The position numbers were made by a program, and so were the translations under genes. A stretch of 64,000 nucleotides of DNA from Candidatus Hydrogenedentota bacterium. Its GTDB lineage: Bacteria > Hydrogenedentota > Hydrogenedentia > Hydrogenedentales > SLHB01. Location of the stretch: NCBI GenBank assembly GCA_963674865.2, contig CAXXYE010000008.1, forward strand, positions 128,001 to 192,000, read 5' to 3'. Below, in pieces: positions 9,893-19,802 of the stretch. The notes under the pieces were generated by a model. That model saw nothing but the letters and a program-made list of their open reading frames with translations, was not told the DNA's origin and ran no database searches. The stretch's first letter is position 1; each line of letters opens with the position of its first letter.

Positions 9893-11143
9893 ATGTACAC
9901 GCGAAACGCTGTGGCCATTGCCGTCGTGGCCTTGCTCCTGGGAGGGTGCCTGGGCGGAGGGGATGCCGTCTCGCCCCACGAGGCGCTTACCATGGCCGCG
10001 AGCCGTATCAAGGCCATAGCCGCCGAGGGGGTCACCGGCGAGTGCCGTCCGCTCGTTGAGTCTTCCGAACCACCCAAAGACCCTGCCGCTGTCTCCGTCT
10101 GGTTTTGCGACCATCCACTTATTGCGCCGGGGCTGCTCCGCCCCGCGCCGCTCCAGGCGTTCCGCGATGCATATCCCGGTATATCCCTCAAACCTCAGCT
10201 TATCGGCGAATGGCACATCGCCATTCAGAAACTGACGGTGGCCTTGGCGTCAGGGCCCGTGCCTGATATCGCCCTTGTCAAACGCTCCTGGATTCCAAGG
10301 CTTGCGGAGGCAGGGCGCATTGCCCCCCTCGATCAACTGCTTCCCGCCGAACTCGTCAACGATCTGCAGCTCACCGTGCGGCGGGGCCTCACGTTCCAGG
10401 GACACCTGTTCGCTCTTCCCGCGGACGGCTCTTGCTCCGTGCTCTTCTACAACAAGCATCTTGCTGAGCCACCCCCGCGGACTTGGGAACAACTTCGCCA
10501 AGCCGCTCAGAAGATCGGCGAGCCGTCGGCCGATGAGACTGAACCTGTCTTCCCCCTCGGATATGTCCCCTTCATTGAAGCACTGTGGTCGGCAGGCGGC
10601 GAAGTCATCGACAACGGGGCGGGCGGGCTTGCCTCGCCACAAGCGCACGAAGCCATGGATTTCCTTCTGTCGCTGCGTAACGACGGCCTTGTCTGTCCTC
10701 ACGGACTCGAGAACTCCGACTACGCCTTTCAGCTATTCCTTGCGGGACGCGTGGCGATGACCGTTGCGTCGAGCATGCGTCTCTCCGACATCGGCCGGGC
10801 CGCCTTCCCCGTTGCCGTCGCGCCGGTGCCCGGCAGGGACGAGCCCGTGTCTATGCTGTCCGACAATGCCCTGGTGGTTTTCGGCGATTATGCCACCGCC
10901 AAGGCCGTGCCCATCGCCGCCGTGATGGACTTTCTCACGGGGCCCTCGATGCAGGGCTCCGAGGCCGTCTCGAAAGGCTCCTGTCCCGTGCGCGTGAGCG
11001 TGACACGCGAGGTGGCCGCCCCCGACGGCCTTGCCGATGCCTTCCGGCAGGCGCGTCCTGCCCCGTTGTCCGGGGTGTGGGACGCGATACAATCCGAAAT
11101 TGACCTCTACCTAGGCCTTGCCTATCGCTGGCGTGGGCGTTGA
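9893..11143 (+). CDS. Extracellular solute-binding lipoprotein (sugar ABC SBP family)
   Basis: Lipobox LLGGC; PDIALV, LFALP, VLFYNK, PPRTWEQL, FLAGRVAM. Confidence 0.8.
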   Translation: MYTRNAVAIAVVALLLGGCLGGGDAVSPHEALTMAASRIKAIAAEGVTGECRPLVESSEPPKDPAAVSVWFCDHPLIAPGLLRPAPLQAFRDAYPGISLKPQLIGEWHIAIQKLTVALASGPVPDIALVKRSWIPRLAEAGRIAPLDQLLPAELVNDLQLTVRRGLTFQGHLFALPADGSCSVLFYNKHLAEPPPRTWEQLRQAAQKIGEPSADETEPVFPLGYVPFIEALWSAGGEVIDNGAGGLASPQAHEAMDFLLSLRNDGLVCPHGLENSDYAFQLFLAGRVAMTVASSMRLSDIGRAAFPVAVAPVPGRDEPVSMLSDNALVVFGDYATAKAVPIAAVMDFLTGPSMQGSEAVSKGSCPVRVSVTREVAAPDGLADAFRQARPAPLSGVWDAIQSEIDLYLGLAYRWRGR

Positions 11144-11306
11144 ATCACCCGGGCCGCTTCCCTAAACTGGCCCTGCCTCGGACGACGCCTATGCGCGTGC
11201 CGTGGAACGGGCGAAACTTCTGTGCAGGGCGGGCGGTCTAACACGTATAAACGCAGTCCTGTTCTCTGATGCCTTACAGGGGACGTACATGCCAAGGGAG
11301 AGTGCC

Positions 11307-13034
11307 ATGTATCCGTGCCGTCTCATCATCGCGATGCTTCTTGCCGTAGGATCCGCCGCGCTGTGTTTCGCGCAGGAGCAAGAGGATGAAGCGCCGCTGG
11401 GTGCCGAGACCGCCGAGTCCTTGAAGTTGCGGATTGATATCGACCTCATTGATCTCGATGACCTCTACGAAGCCGTCGGGCAGCCATGGAGCACCGAGGC
11501 CTCCCCGCTGACCCTCGAGGGGTGTGTGCGGCGAGCACTCGAGGCCAATCCCGACCTACTCGTTACCTCCTACGAGCCGCTGAAAGCCGACGGCGACGTG
11601 ATGACGGCGAAGGGCGAGTTCGATCCCGTGCTCTCTTCCCAGGCTACATACTCCCGTGCCAGCCAGGCGGCCAATCCCGAAGCTATCACCTATGGCGGGC
11701 TTACCACCATCGAGGCGTTCAGGACCACTACTCAGACGTCCCTGGGCGGGAAGTTGCCGTGGGGAACGGAGTACGCCGCCACCCTTACCCTCGGCAAGGA
11801 AGAGACCACCTACAACGCCTTCAGAGAGGAGTGGAGCGGCGGCCTGACCTTCTCGCTGACACAGCCGCTATTCCGCGGGCGCGGCAAGTCGTCCAATCTC
11901 GCCCGGCTGCGGATCGCCCGCAACACGCGCACCGCCTCGGAAGACCAAGTCCGGCTGGCCGCGCTCAACACCGCCGCCGAGGTGGTCAAAGCCTACTGGG
12001 ATCTTGTCGGAGCCATCGAAAGTGTGCATGTCCGCGAGGAATCCCTGGCCAACGCCGAGCGCCTCCTCGAGATCAGCCAGAAGCGTCTTGATATCGGCGC
12101 CGCCGCCGCCATTGAGGTGCTTCAGGCCAAGGCGGGCGTCGCCACGCGGCAAAGCGACCTCATCTCAGCGCGTTCGGCCGTGGCGGACGCGGAGGACGTC
12201 CTCAAGCAATTGCTCGACCTGCGCGAGGGGGAGGCGTTCTCAGCGCAAGGCATCGCGCCGGTGGATCGGCCGGAGATCGTCGAAGCCGACCTCGACGAGG
12301 GCGCGAGCACCGAGCTTGCGCTTCAGGTGCGTCCGGAAATCCACGCCGCCCAGATGGATGTCGAGAGCGCCGACGTCGAGGTCAAACGGGCCGCGGGGGA
12401 CCTCATGCCGCAACTCGACTTCACCGCCTCCGTGACGCAGGGCGGCCGCTCCCACAAGGTCCGTGATGTATTCGACAGCATCGGCCAGGCCGATGAGGCC
12501 TTCACCGGCATATTCAAAGGCCTCAAAGAGGAGAACGACACCAGCTACACCCTGGGCGTCGTCGGCGCCGTGCCGCTGGGCAACCGGGCCGCCCGCGGCG
12601 CGTACCACCGCGCTCTCATGGCTCTGCGTCAGGCCCGGCAGCAACTTGAGAAAGTGAAGCAGGAGGCCCGCCTCCGTGTGCGCATGGCCACGCGCGGCGT
12701 GCGTACAAGCCGCGTCCTCGTGGCAAGCAACCGTCAGACAAGCAACCTGCAGCAGGCCAACGTCGCCGCCGAAGAGAAGCGGCTAAGGCTGGGTGTCACC
12801 ACAAGCTACCGCGTTCTCGAGGTGCAAGAGGACCTCACCGCCGCGCAAACCGCCGAGGTCCAGGCCCGCGTCAACCTCCGCAAAGCCCTGGCGGACCTGA
12901 GCCTGGCTGAAGGAAGCCTGCTCACCGGACTCGGATTCGATTTCGAGCCGCCCGCACCTGAGCCCGCCGTCGGCTTCATGCGCAGCGTTATCCCCATCAA
13001 CGTGCGCTACGAGAACCCGTCTGATGGCGACTAG
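11307..13034 (+). CDS. TolC-family outer membrane efflux protein
   Basis: Signal peptide; LTLEGCVRRALEANPDL, SLTQPLFRG, VVKAYWDL, RPEI, VPLGNRAA, LGVTTSYRVL. Confidence 0.9.
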   Translation: MYPCRLIIAMLLAVGSAALCFAQEQEDEAPLGAETAESLKLRIDIDLIDLDDLYEAVGQPWSTEASPLTLEGCVRRALEANPDLLVTSYEPLKADGDVMTAKGEFDPVLSSQATYSRASQAANPEAITYGGLTTIEAFRTTTQTSLGGKLPWGTEYAATLTLGKEETTYNAFREEWSGGLTFSLTQPLFRGRGKSSNLARLRIARNTRTASEDQVRLAALNTAAEVVKAYWDLVGAIESVHVREESLANAERLLEISQKRLDIGAAAAIEVLQAKAGVATRQSDLISARSAVADAEDVLKQLLDLREGEAFSAQGIAPVDRPEIVEADLDEGASTELALQVRPEIHAAQMDVESADVEVKRAAGDLMPQLDFTASVTQGGRSHKVRDVFDSIGQADEAFTGIFKGLKEENDTSYTLGVVGAVPLGNRAARGAYHRALMALRQARQQLEKVKQEARLRVRMATRGVRTSRVLVASNRQTSNLQQANVAAEEKRLRLGVTTSYRVLEVQEDLTAAQTAEVQARVNLRKALADLSLAEGSLLTGLGFDFEPPAPEPAVGFMRSVIPINVRYENPSDGD

Positions 13035-13476
13035 CCCGCTTTTCTCACAGCCGCGTACCGAGACTGCACGCATGTCATGCGGAACGGGCGCGTTACCTCA
13101 AGGGTCTGCCGCAAGGGAGTTTGGCAGAGCGTCTCATGATTTCCTCGACGGCTTGTCGCCACCAAGCCCGTTCCCGTTGGACAGCAGGGGAGAAAAGCGG
13201 GGCGCAGACAACTACGTGTGAGATATTCGCGCTAGAGGTGCGGCCAGAAAGCCACCCAATGACGGGGGCGACAGGTCTGGGCTGTGATGTAAAAGGACTT
13301 ACAAATGCTTTCTGGCCGCATCCCACCAGGACCCGCGCTTTCAGGCCAGACTTCTAGGAGTGTGCGCGGGGCCGCGCTACCGGCGGCGCGTTGATCAGAA
13401 CCATCCTTTTTATCATTATGCTATGGGAGGGGTGTTAGTAGATTAGGCTCGCGTAGCTGCTCACGGGGGTGGATGC

Positions 13477-13827
13477 ATGCGCGCCAGAAGGAAGTCGGAG
13501 TTCAAGACCGCCATACGCGATCAAGCGCGGCGCAAGGTAGGCGTGCCCAAGTACGATGCTACCACGCAGGCGCATTACCACGAAGAGGTCGAGAAAGGAC
13601 TCCAGAACCTTCGCAAGATATCCTCCGAAGGCGGCGACCCTCGCGGCAAAAAGGCCAAGAACGAGCTGCTTTACCTCCTCAACAACTACTCGCCGAAGTA
13701 CGATACACGTATCGAGCAACTCATCGACCTGTGGCGGCGAAGCGGCGATCCCTCCTACGACCCCTCCATACGGACAAAGCTGCGCCAGGCCCGCCGCGAG
13801 CACATGAGCAAGAGCAATCCCCTTTAG
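13477..13827 (+). CDS. Hypothetical basic cytoplasmic protein, 116 aa
   Basis: Host-like GC3-rich codons, purine-rich RBS, AT-rich stretch upstream; no motif recognised. Confidence 0.7.
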   Translation: MRARRKSEFKTAIRDQARRKVGVPKYDATTQAHYHEEVEKGLQNLRKISSEGGDPRGKKAKNELLYLLNNYSPKYDTRIEQLIDLWRRSGDPSYDPSIRTKLRQARREHMSKSNPL

Positions 13828-13884
13828 CGGCCATGCCGCCGCTACGGACGTGGCGTGCCAATTGGCACCGTCCGTTCCCCCGCG

Positions 13885-15561
13885 TCATTCCTCCGGCAGC
13901 AAGTGAGATTGAGCGTCGCGGTTGTTGTGCATCACGAGGCCGTGGTTTTCGCGGACAGTGATGACCGCGTCGTGCTCCAGGAAGTGATTGTCTGCGATGC
14001 GGACATTCTCCACGCCTTCGAGGCGAAAACCCCCATAGATGCGACTGTTCTCGACGACGACATCATGTATCGCACGGGGAGGTGCCGCGGCCTTGCCGTC
14101 TCCGGACACGCCCTGTGGAAGACCGGAGAAGATGAGCGCGTTGTCCGGATTGCCGCGTCCCCGGTGGAGCGTGCAGTTCTTCAGGCTAACGCCAGAGGGA
14201 AAGGGGCCCTCGACGTGTTCGCAATAGAACCAGAGGAGGCCCGTCACCGTGCAGCCCTCCAGCCGCACCGGTGATTGGAGCCGGCAACTCATCCCGATCG
14301 TGCAATGGCGCAGCAATGTGTCCGGATTGGCGCATTCAGGATCCCAAACCATCGTTCCCGATTTCAGGTTCGGCGCCGGCGTATCGAGGGACAGCGCGAT
14401 TTCGGCCGGTGCCGCAGGGTGGCCGCCGATCGTACGTATCGGGCCCGCCTCCACGGCCACGACGCGGTGCGATGAACAAAGCCTCCCGGTGTGCTCATCC
14501 GCGGCCGCCAGCATCGCGCCTTCCCGCCATGGTAGGTACGCCAACGGGAATTTCTGCCTTACGACGATGCGATCCGGAGCAGACACACGAACGACCTCGC
14601 TCGAATGGGTCGAGATATTGAAGGCATCATCATTCATGCCGTAGACAACACAGTCCTCCCAACGCAGTGACGCGCGGTTTCCCTTGACGTGGAACCCATC
14701 CCGCCAAAGCGACATGAGCCGGCTCGAACCGGGGCGTGGCCGTATATTGACGCGTCGAAAAGCGACTTCACCTTCGTTGCGCAGGATGCTGAAGCCGAAC
14801 CACGGCGCCGACCAGAGCTCCACATCCTCGAACGCCACATCGGCGTTATCTTGTACTCGAAAACACGGCCCGGGGCCGTATCGGTGTGCAACGCCCGGTG
14901 TCGGCACACTAATCTGCGTCGATTCCGGCTGAATGTGGGCGAAGCCGGTGAATTCATCCGCGGCGTACACGCGGATGGTGTTCGCCGCCTCCGTGCGCTC
15001 TATCCGCGCCGTCCAGTAGTGCCGGCTCACCGGGCCGTAAGGCCCTTCGTGCCACAGCATCGAGAAGAAGGCCTGTTCGCCGTCCTCATGGGCGGGGCCG
15101 CCCGATGGGACCCCTCCCTGATTCGGCCACAGCCGAACCTCTACGAAGCGCTTTTCCCTACTTACATCTGAGACAACGCCCTCCACGAATGGCAGCGGGT
15201 CGAAATCCACCTTGAGATTGCGCACGGTAACCTGACGCGAGTCCGTCAGACTCATGAACCGAAGGTTGGGATCGAGAAGAAAGAGACATCCCCCGCCGTC
15301 CACCACAAGTTCGGAGATCTTCTCAAGAGGAAAGAGGTACCGTGTCGGCGATGTCTTGGCACGGATCGTCCTCGCCGCGGGAAAGCGCAAGAGAACGGAG
15401 CCATCGTGAGCGCTTGCGGCTTCTAGCAGACGTGCGATCGCCGGGCCGTCATCCGTCTGCCCATCGGCCGCCAATCCGAAGTCCGCCGCTTCCAGTGTGC
15501 GCGTTTCTGCCTCTGCGGCGCCCATGAGGAAACCCATCACTGTTAGAAGGACCGTAATCAA
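13885..15561 (-). CDS. Secreted right-handed beta-helix (pectin lyase fold) protein, GH110 alpha-galactosidase-like
   Basis: AADFGLAADGQTDDGPAI, VTVRNLKVDFDPLPF, DGFHVK, MNDDAFNIS. Start uncertain (TTG ahead of a signal peptide). Confidence 0.7.
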   Translation of the reverse strand: MITVLLTVMGFLMGAAEAETRTLEAADFGLAADGQTDDGPAIARLLEAASAHDGSVLLRFPAARTIRAKTSPTRYLFPLEKISELVVDGGGCLFLLDPNLRFMSLTDSRQVTVRNLKVDFDPLPFVEGVVSDVSREKRFVEVRLWPNQGGVPSGGPAHEDGEQAFFSMLWHEGPYGPVSRHYWTARIERTEAANTIRVYAADEFTGFAHIQPESTQISVPTPGVAHRYGPGPCFRVQDNADVAFEDVELWSAPWFGFSILRNEGEVAFRRVNIRPRPGSSRLMSLWRDGFHVKGNRASLRWEDCVVYGMNDDAFNISTHSSEVVRVSAPDRIVVRQKFPLAYLPWREGAMLAAADEHTGRLCSSHRVVAVEAGPIRTIGGHPAAPAEIALSLDTPAPNLKSGTMVWDPECANPDTLLRHCTIGMSCRLQSPVRLEGCTVTGLLWFYCEHVEGPFPSGVSLKNCTLHRGRGNPDNALIFSGLPQGVSGDGKAAAPPRAIHDVVVENSRIYGGFRLEGVENVRIADNHFLEHDAVITVRENHGLVMHNNRDAQSHLLPEE

Positions 15562-15754
15562 GCTACAGACCTCAATGGATGCGCGATACCGAGATGGACA
15601 TGGCCTCGTTATAGTCGTGGTCGTGATTTGTTTCAAAGTACAGCCCGTAGCGCAGAGATCCCGAGACGCTGCGACGCTCTCGCCTCCGGTTCCGGGGCCA
15701 TCATCTCGCCTAGGAGCGATTCGAGTCAATGGCGGGACGGCCTTTGGAAAGGCT

Positions 15755-16438
15755 TCAGCCCTCGTCCACAAGCCGTCCGTCCTCCAGGCGCACGACACGA
15801 TGGAAACGCTCGTAGACGCGGGGATCGTGCGTGGCCAGCAGGACGGTCAGCCCCTTCTCCGATGCAAGGGATTCGATCGCGTTCAAGACACGCTCCGCTG
15901 AATCCGCGTCGAGATTCGCAGTCGGCTCATCGGCCAACAACAGATCCGGCCGGTGCACCACGGCACGAGCCACGGCCACACGCTGCTTCTCGCCACCGGA
16001 AAGCTGCGCGGGGAAACAGGTTTTCTTATCCGAGAGGCCCAAGTCCTTCAGGATGTCCGCCGCTGCCCGACGCCGCGCCGCCTTGGGGGTGCGCAGAAGT
16101 GCCAGGGGAAGTTCGGCATTCTCATGCACCGTCAGTTCGGGCATGAGCGCGTCATCCTGAAAAACGAGGCCTACGTGTCGACGCCGGAACTCCGCCGCGG
16201 CCTTTTCGCTGAGCGTTGTGATAGTCCTTTTCAGACAATGCACCGCGCCCTCATCGGGGCGATCCAACGCCCCCACGAGGTTGAGCAGCGTGGTCTTGCC
16301 CGACCCACTTGGCCCGACGAGCGCCAACCGTTCGCCATGGCGCACTTGTAGACTGACCTTCGACAAGGCAGTCACTTGCGAATCCCCGCTGGCAAAGCGC
16401 CGAGTGACCCCTTCGAGCAAGACGGCATAGTCCATCAT
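15755..16438 (-). CDS. ABC transporter ATP-binding protein, LolD/MacB-like
   Basis: GPSGSGKTT, LSGGEKQRVAVARA, LADEPTANLD, ATHD; ATGA overlap with the permease stop. Confidence 0.93.
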   Translation of the reverse strand: MMDYAVLLEGVTRRFASGDSQVTALSKVSLQVRHGERLALVGPSGSGKTTLLNLVGALDRPDEGAVHCLKRTITTLSEKAAAEFRRRHVGLVFQDDALMPELTVHENAELPLALLRTPKAARRRAAADILKDLGLSDKKTCFPAQLSGGEKQRVAVARAVVHRPDLLLADEPTANLDADSAERVLNAIESLASEKGLTVLLATHDPRVYERFHRVVRLEDGRLVDEG

Positions 16439-17622
16439 ACGTCCCTCATCCCGCCCGCGACGCGCCGTCGGGCGGCAATGGCGGCAGGCCACAGCGCCGA
16501 TACCAACCCAGCGCATAAGGCCAAGATCTGTGGCGTGAGCGTCATGCCCATGGTGACGCGCGGATGCACGATGGGATCCACGCTGAAATGGGGGTTGTAG
16601 GAGGTATACCGAGAGAGGTCGAGCCCGATCTTCCCCCAGGCGGCGGCTGCGCCGACGCCCAGGATCGTTCCCGCAACCCCGGCAGCAAAGCACATGGCGA
16701 AAGCCTCCAGCATGATCAAGGAGGCGATTTCTCCAGGCCGGGCGCCCAGGGCTTTGAGCACCGCGAAGTGGCGGTAGCGATCCATCACGGAGATGAGAAG
16801 GGCATTGGACACCCCGAACCCGAGAATGACTATCACCATGAGGATCACGATCCGCATCGAGAACTCGTTCAATTCGACTAGTTGGGCCACCTCGGGCGAG
16901 AGTTCCTTCCATGTTTCCACTGATTCCTCCGCCTGGGCCTGCGCAGCCAGAACGTCCCGCGTTTTGTCGAGCACGGCGTCATCCGTAAGAAACACGGCCA
17001 CCTCAGGATACACCTGCGACTCCGCCAGGGCTTTCGCGTCCTGGACGCCGATGTAGATCACGCTTGCATCCGCGGCAGGTATGCCGATGGCATACACGCC
17101 GGAGACGGTGCGGGTGTATTGCGCCGTCGGCGTCACAAGGGTGAATGTGTCACCCGGCGCCACGCCCAGATTCTCTGCAGCCACCGCGCCGAGTATCGTG
17201 TCGCCCGGCTCGCTAAGGTATGTCCCCTCCGTCATGCAATGGGCAGTGGGGGTGGAACGACGCTCCTCCTCCGGCGCTACGGCCCAGACCACAACCGACT
17301 GTGTTCCGTTCTTGGACTGGGCCAATGCCTGAAACCGGCAACGCGGCAGCGCGCCGCGCACTCCTGGAATGGCCCCGGCCTGTGCGGCTAGCCGTTCGGT
17401 ACGCGCCAGGGCCGCTGACATCTCGACGGGACGCCCGGAGAATGCCACCTGCCCCGACTGGACCGCGACGGCGTTGCGCACCATCGTGTCGTTTACGCCA
17501 ACCATGATGGCGCCCAGCACCACCAGCGCCGCCACGGGGAACGCGATGCCTGCCAGCAGGATGCCCGTTCGACGGCGACGCCGTAAACAGGAACGGATGG
17601 CAAAACGAAGCCAGAAGCTCAC
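16435..17622 (-). CDS. ABC transporter permease, LolC/E-MacB (FtsX) type
   Basis: N-terminal TM, large periplasmic domain, VSNALLISVMDRYRHFAVLKALGA, further TMs. Confidence 0.9.
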   Translation of the reverse strand: MSFWLRFAIRSCLRRRRRTGILLAGIAFPVAALVVLGAIMVGVNDTMVRNAVAVQSGQVAFSGRPVEMSAALARTERLAAQAGAIPGVRGALPRCRFQALAQSKNGTQSVVVWAVAPEEERRSTPTAHCMTEGTYLSEPGDTILGAVAAENLGVAPGDTFTLVTPTAQYTRTVSGVYAIGIPAADASVIYIGVQDAKALAESQVYPEVAVFLTDDAVLDKTRDVLAAQAQAEESVETWKELSPEVAQLVELNEFSMRIVILMVIVILGFGVSNALLISVMDRYRHFAVLKALGARPGEIASLIMLEAFAMCFAAGVAGTILGVGAAAAWGKIGLDLSRYTSYNPHFSVDPIVHPRVTMGMTLTPQILALCAGLVSALWPAAIAARRRVAGGMRDV

Positions 17623-18647
17623 AGGGCGATCTCCTGGGCCTCCCGGCGCAGGGCACGGGCGCTGCCGGCATAGATGCCAGACGCTACGGCCGTCGCTAGT
17701 GCTCGGGCGTGAGCATCGGTGAATCCAGGGATCTCGCCGGTAAGTCCCGACTCGGCTTCGCGGAACAGGCTCCCGGCCAACGCCAAGCTCGCATGCCGCG
17801 CCTCCGCCAACAACGTAACCACCTCCCTCGCCGGCCTGTCGCCGCCAGCCAGGAAGTCCTCCACCAGTTCCCGTTCACGAAGATCTGTCCCATAGGCCGC
17901 GAAGGATACAAGCAGGTTGTGTTGCCGCCGCTCGAGGTCGGTGGCGGCATCCTGGATGTCGTCAAGGACTTGGCATGCCAGACCTAACATGCGCAATGCC
18001 TCCGACACGGGCCCGCATCGGCCCGCGGGAAGTTCATCCATCGAAACCAACAAGGACAGGGGCGCCTGAAAGAGCAAGCCCGTCTTCCGATGGTGGACGA
18101 CCTCGAGTACATCGGTTGGTGTCAGGAGAGTCTCCGCGGGCCCGGCCTCCTCTTCGTGCTCCTCGAGCCCGCTGGGCACGAGCACCGCCAGCACGCTCGA
18201 CGACAACCGCGTGACTTGCTCCAGCGTTAGGCGTCCTGCCGCCTGTTCCTCCGCCGCAATGTCCGAGAGGACGCGGTCGGCTGCCATGATCATCAACACG
18301 GAGCGGAACTTGGTGCCGCTGTCATCCAGGGCGAACGCGATCACTTCCTTGAACTCATCGTCCAGAATGTTGTCGCACCCTGTAACCAGGGCGCGAACTG
18401 CCTGGTTTGCCATGGCATAGAACCGGGCCTTCTCTCGTGGCAGGCCCAAGGCCAGCGACGCCGTGATGAAAAGCGTCGAGAACAGGTTGCGCTCGGGCGC
18501 CAGGACGGCCCCGTTGAGAGGCCGCAGGGCGCACGACTCCCTCAGAATGCGCGCACACCTTGCATGGAAATCCACAAGTGTACGGCGTTGGATTTCATCG
18601 GCCTCGGCCCAGAGCGGGCACTTCTGGAGTATGCTCAAGTCATCCAA
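17619..18647 (-). CDS. Class I isoprenoid synthase-fold protein (polyprenyl synthetase-like, atypical)
   Basis: CDNILDDE (first Asp-rich motif), RKTGLLF, QVLDDIQD (second Asp-rich motif). TTG start inferred from overlap. Confidence 0.75.
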   Translation of the reverse strand: MDDLSILQKCPLWAEADEIQRRTLVDFHARCARILRESCALRPLNGAVLAPERNLFSTLFITASLALGLPREKARFYAMANQAVRALVTGCDNILDDEFKEVIAFALDDSGTKFRSVLMIMAADRVLSDIAAEEQAAGRLTLEQVTRLSSSVLAVLVPSGLEEHEEEAGPAETLLTPTDVLEVVHHRKTGLLFQAPLSLLVSMDELPAGRCGPVSEALRMLGLACQVLDDIQDAATDLERRQHNLLVSFAAYGTDLRERELVEDFLAGGDRPAREVVTLLAEARHASLALAGSLFREAESGLTGEIPGFTDAHARALATAVASGIYAGSARALRREAQEIAL

Positions 18648-19341
18648 GGTTAAGCCCCTTGTGCGCCGATAGCACGGCGATGTATCCCGAGAACCGTTTC
18701 GTCCTCGCAATGTCCTTGAAACCGGCCCCTTCGATCAGGTTTGTCATGATTCCATCGATGTTCTCTTTGATCTCAGGTTGTAGCAGGACAAGCCAGCCCG
18801 CGACGGCCATGAGCCATCCCAGGGCGGTATAAGGCCGCTCGATATCCGCCACCACAAGTTGCCCGCCGGGCTTGAGAACGCGCCGGGCTTCCGACAGGGC
18901 CTGCGATTTGCACACCCGGTTCACGTGATGAAAGAAGAGCGCCGACGTGACGATATCGAAATCCCCGTCGCCGAATGGCAGATCCTCGGCCACGGCTTGC
19001 CTGTACGAAATCCGTCCGCCGGCCCGCTTGCGATGCGCCACCTCAATCATGGGGCGCGACGCGTCGATTCCGATTACCTCGCAGGATGAATGTTTCTCCG
19101 CGATAGCCTGCGTTAGCAGGCCTGTGCCGCAGCCGACATCCAGGATCCGCGCTCCGGGGGCGGGTTGCAGCGAAGCGGCCACCCAGCGGTTGAGTCGGGC
19201 CTCCTGTCCCAGGGTGACGATGGGCTGCACGGCGTCGTAGATCCGTGCTGCTTTTGTCAACACGCGCCCCTGCGTCGGCAGCGCATCGAGTGCCTCGTTC
19301 TCATTGGGAGTTCTGCCGGCCTGATGAAGTGCCGTGGGCAT
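18640..19341 (-). CDS. Class I SAM-dependent methyltransferase (UbiE/MenG-like)
   Basis: ILDVGCGTG, GIDAS, AEDLPF..FDIV, RVLKPGG. Confidence 0.9.
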   Translation of the reverse strand: MPTALHQAGRTPNENEALDALPTQGRVLTKAARIYDAVQPIVTLGQEARLNRWVAASLQPAPGARILDVGCGTGLLTQAIAEKHSSCEVIGIDASRPMIEVAHRKRAGGRISYRQAVAEDLPFGDGDFDIVTSALFFHHVNRVCKSQALSEARRVLKPGGQLVVADIERPYTALGWLMAVAGWLVLLQPEIKENIDGIMTNLIEGAGFKDIARTKRFSGYIAVLSAHKGLNLG

Positions 19342-19343
19342 GA

Positions 19344-19802
19344 TCAATTCCCCGCGAAGAACAGCGCCTGAATCCCATGTGTGAGAACGAGGGGAACTAA
19401 GGCGTAGCCGCCGTACTTGTGCACTCGCCTCAACCCTTTGGAACGCCGGAACCGCTTGGTGCTCAGGGTGAAGGCCACGACAAGAAGCGCCAAGGCCGTC
19501 GTGAGTCCGAGCGGATTGCGCCAGCGAAAGTGCCAGTGGGCCGTCGCTGCTGCTAGCGCCAACACCCCGATGGGCACGTGTAGTCCTCGCGCGGCGGCGG
19601 CAAGCCGTGACGTGCCGCGCCGAAGTGAACCCGTCACCACGCCAGTAACGATAAGCAAGAACGCGCAGAGGCCGAACACGACGCCCAGCGGCGCATCGGA
19701 TTGGTAGGTAACGCCGAAGCGAACGCACGCCAGACATGCCGCGAGGGCCACTGTGACGGCCCAAGCTGCGCTCGACAGCATTCTCCTGCGTGCGCGACTC
19801 AC
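19344..19802 (-). CDS. Small multi-pass membrane protein with paired His residues
   Basis: About 5 hydrophobic segments; LHVPIG..AHW and VHKYG..LTHG. GTGA overlap with the upstream gene. Confidence 0.7.
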   Translation of the reverse strand: MSRARRRMLSSAAWAVTVALAACLACVRFGVTYQSDAPLGVVFGLCAFLLIVTGVVTGSLRRGTSRLAAAARGLHVPIGVLALAAATAHWHFRWRNPLGLTTALALLVVAFTLSTKRFRRSKGLRRVHKYGGYALVPLVLTHGIQALFFAGN

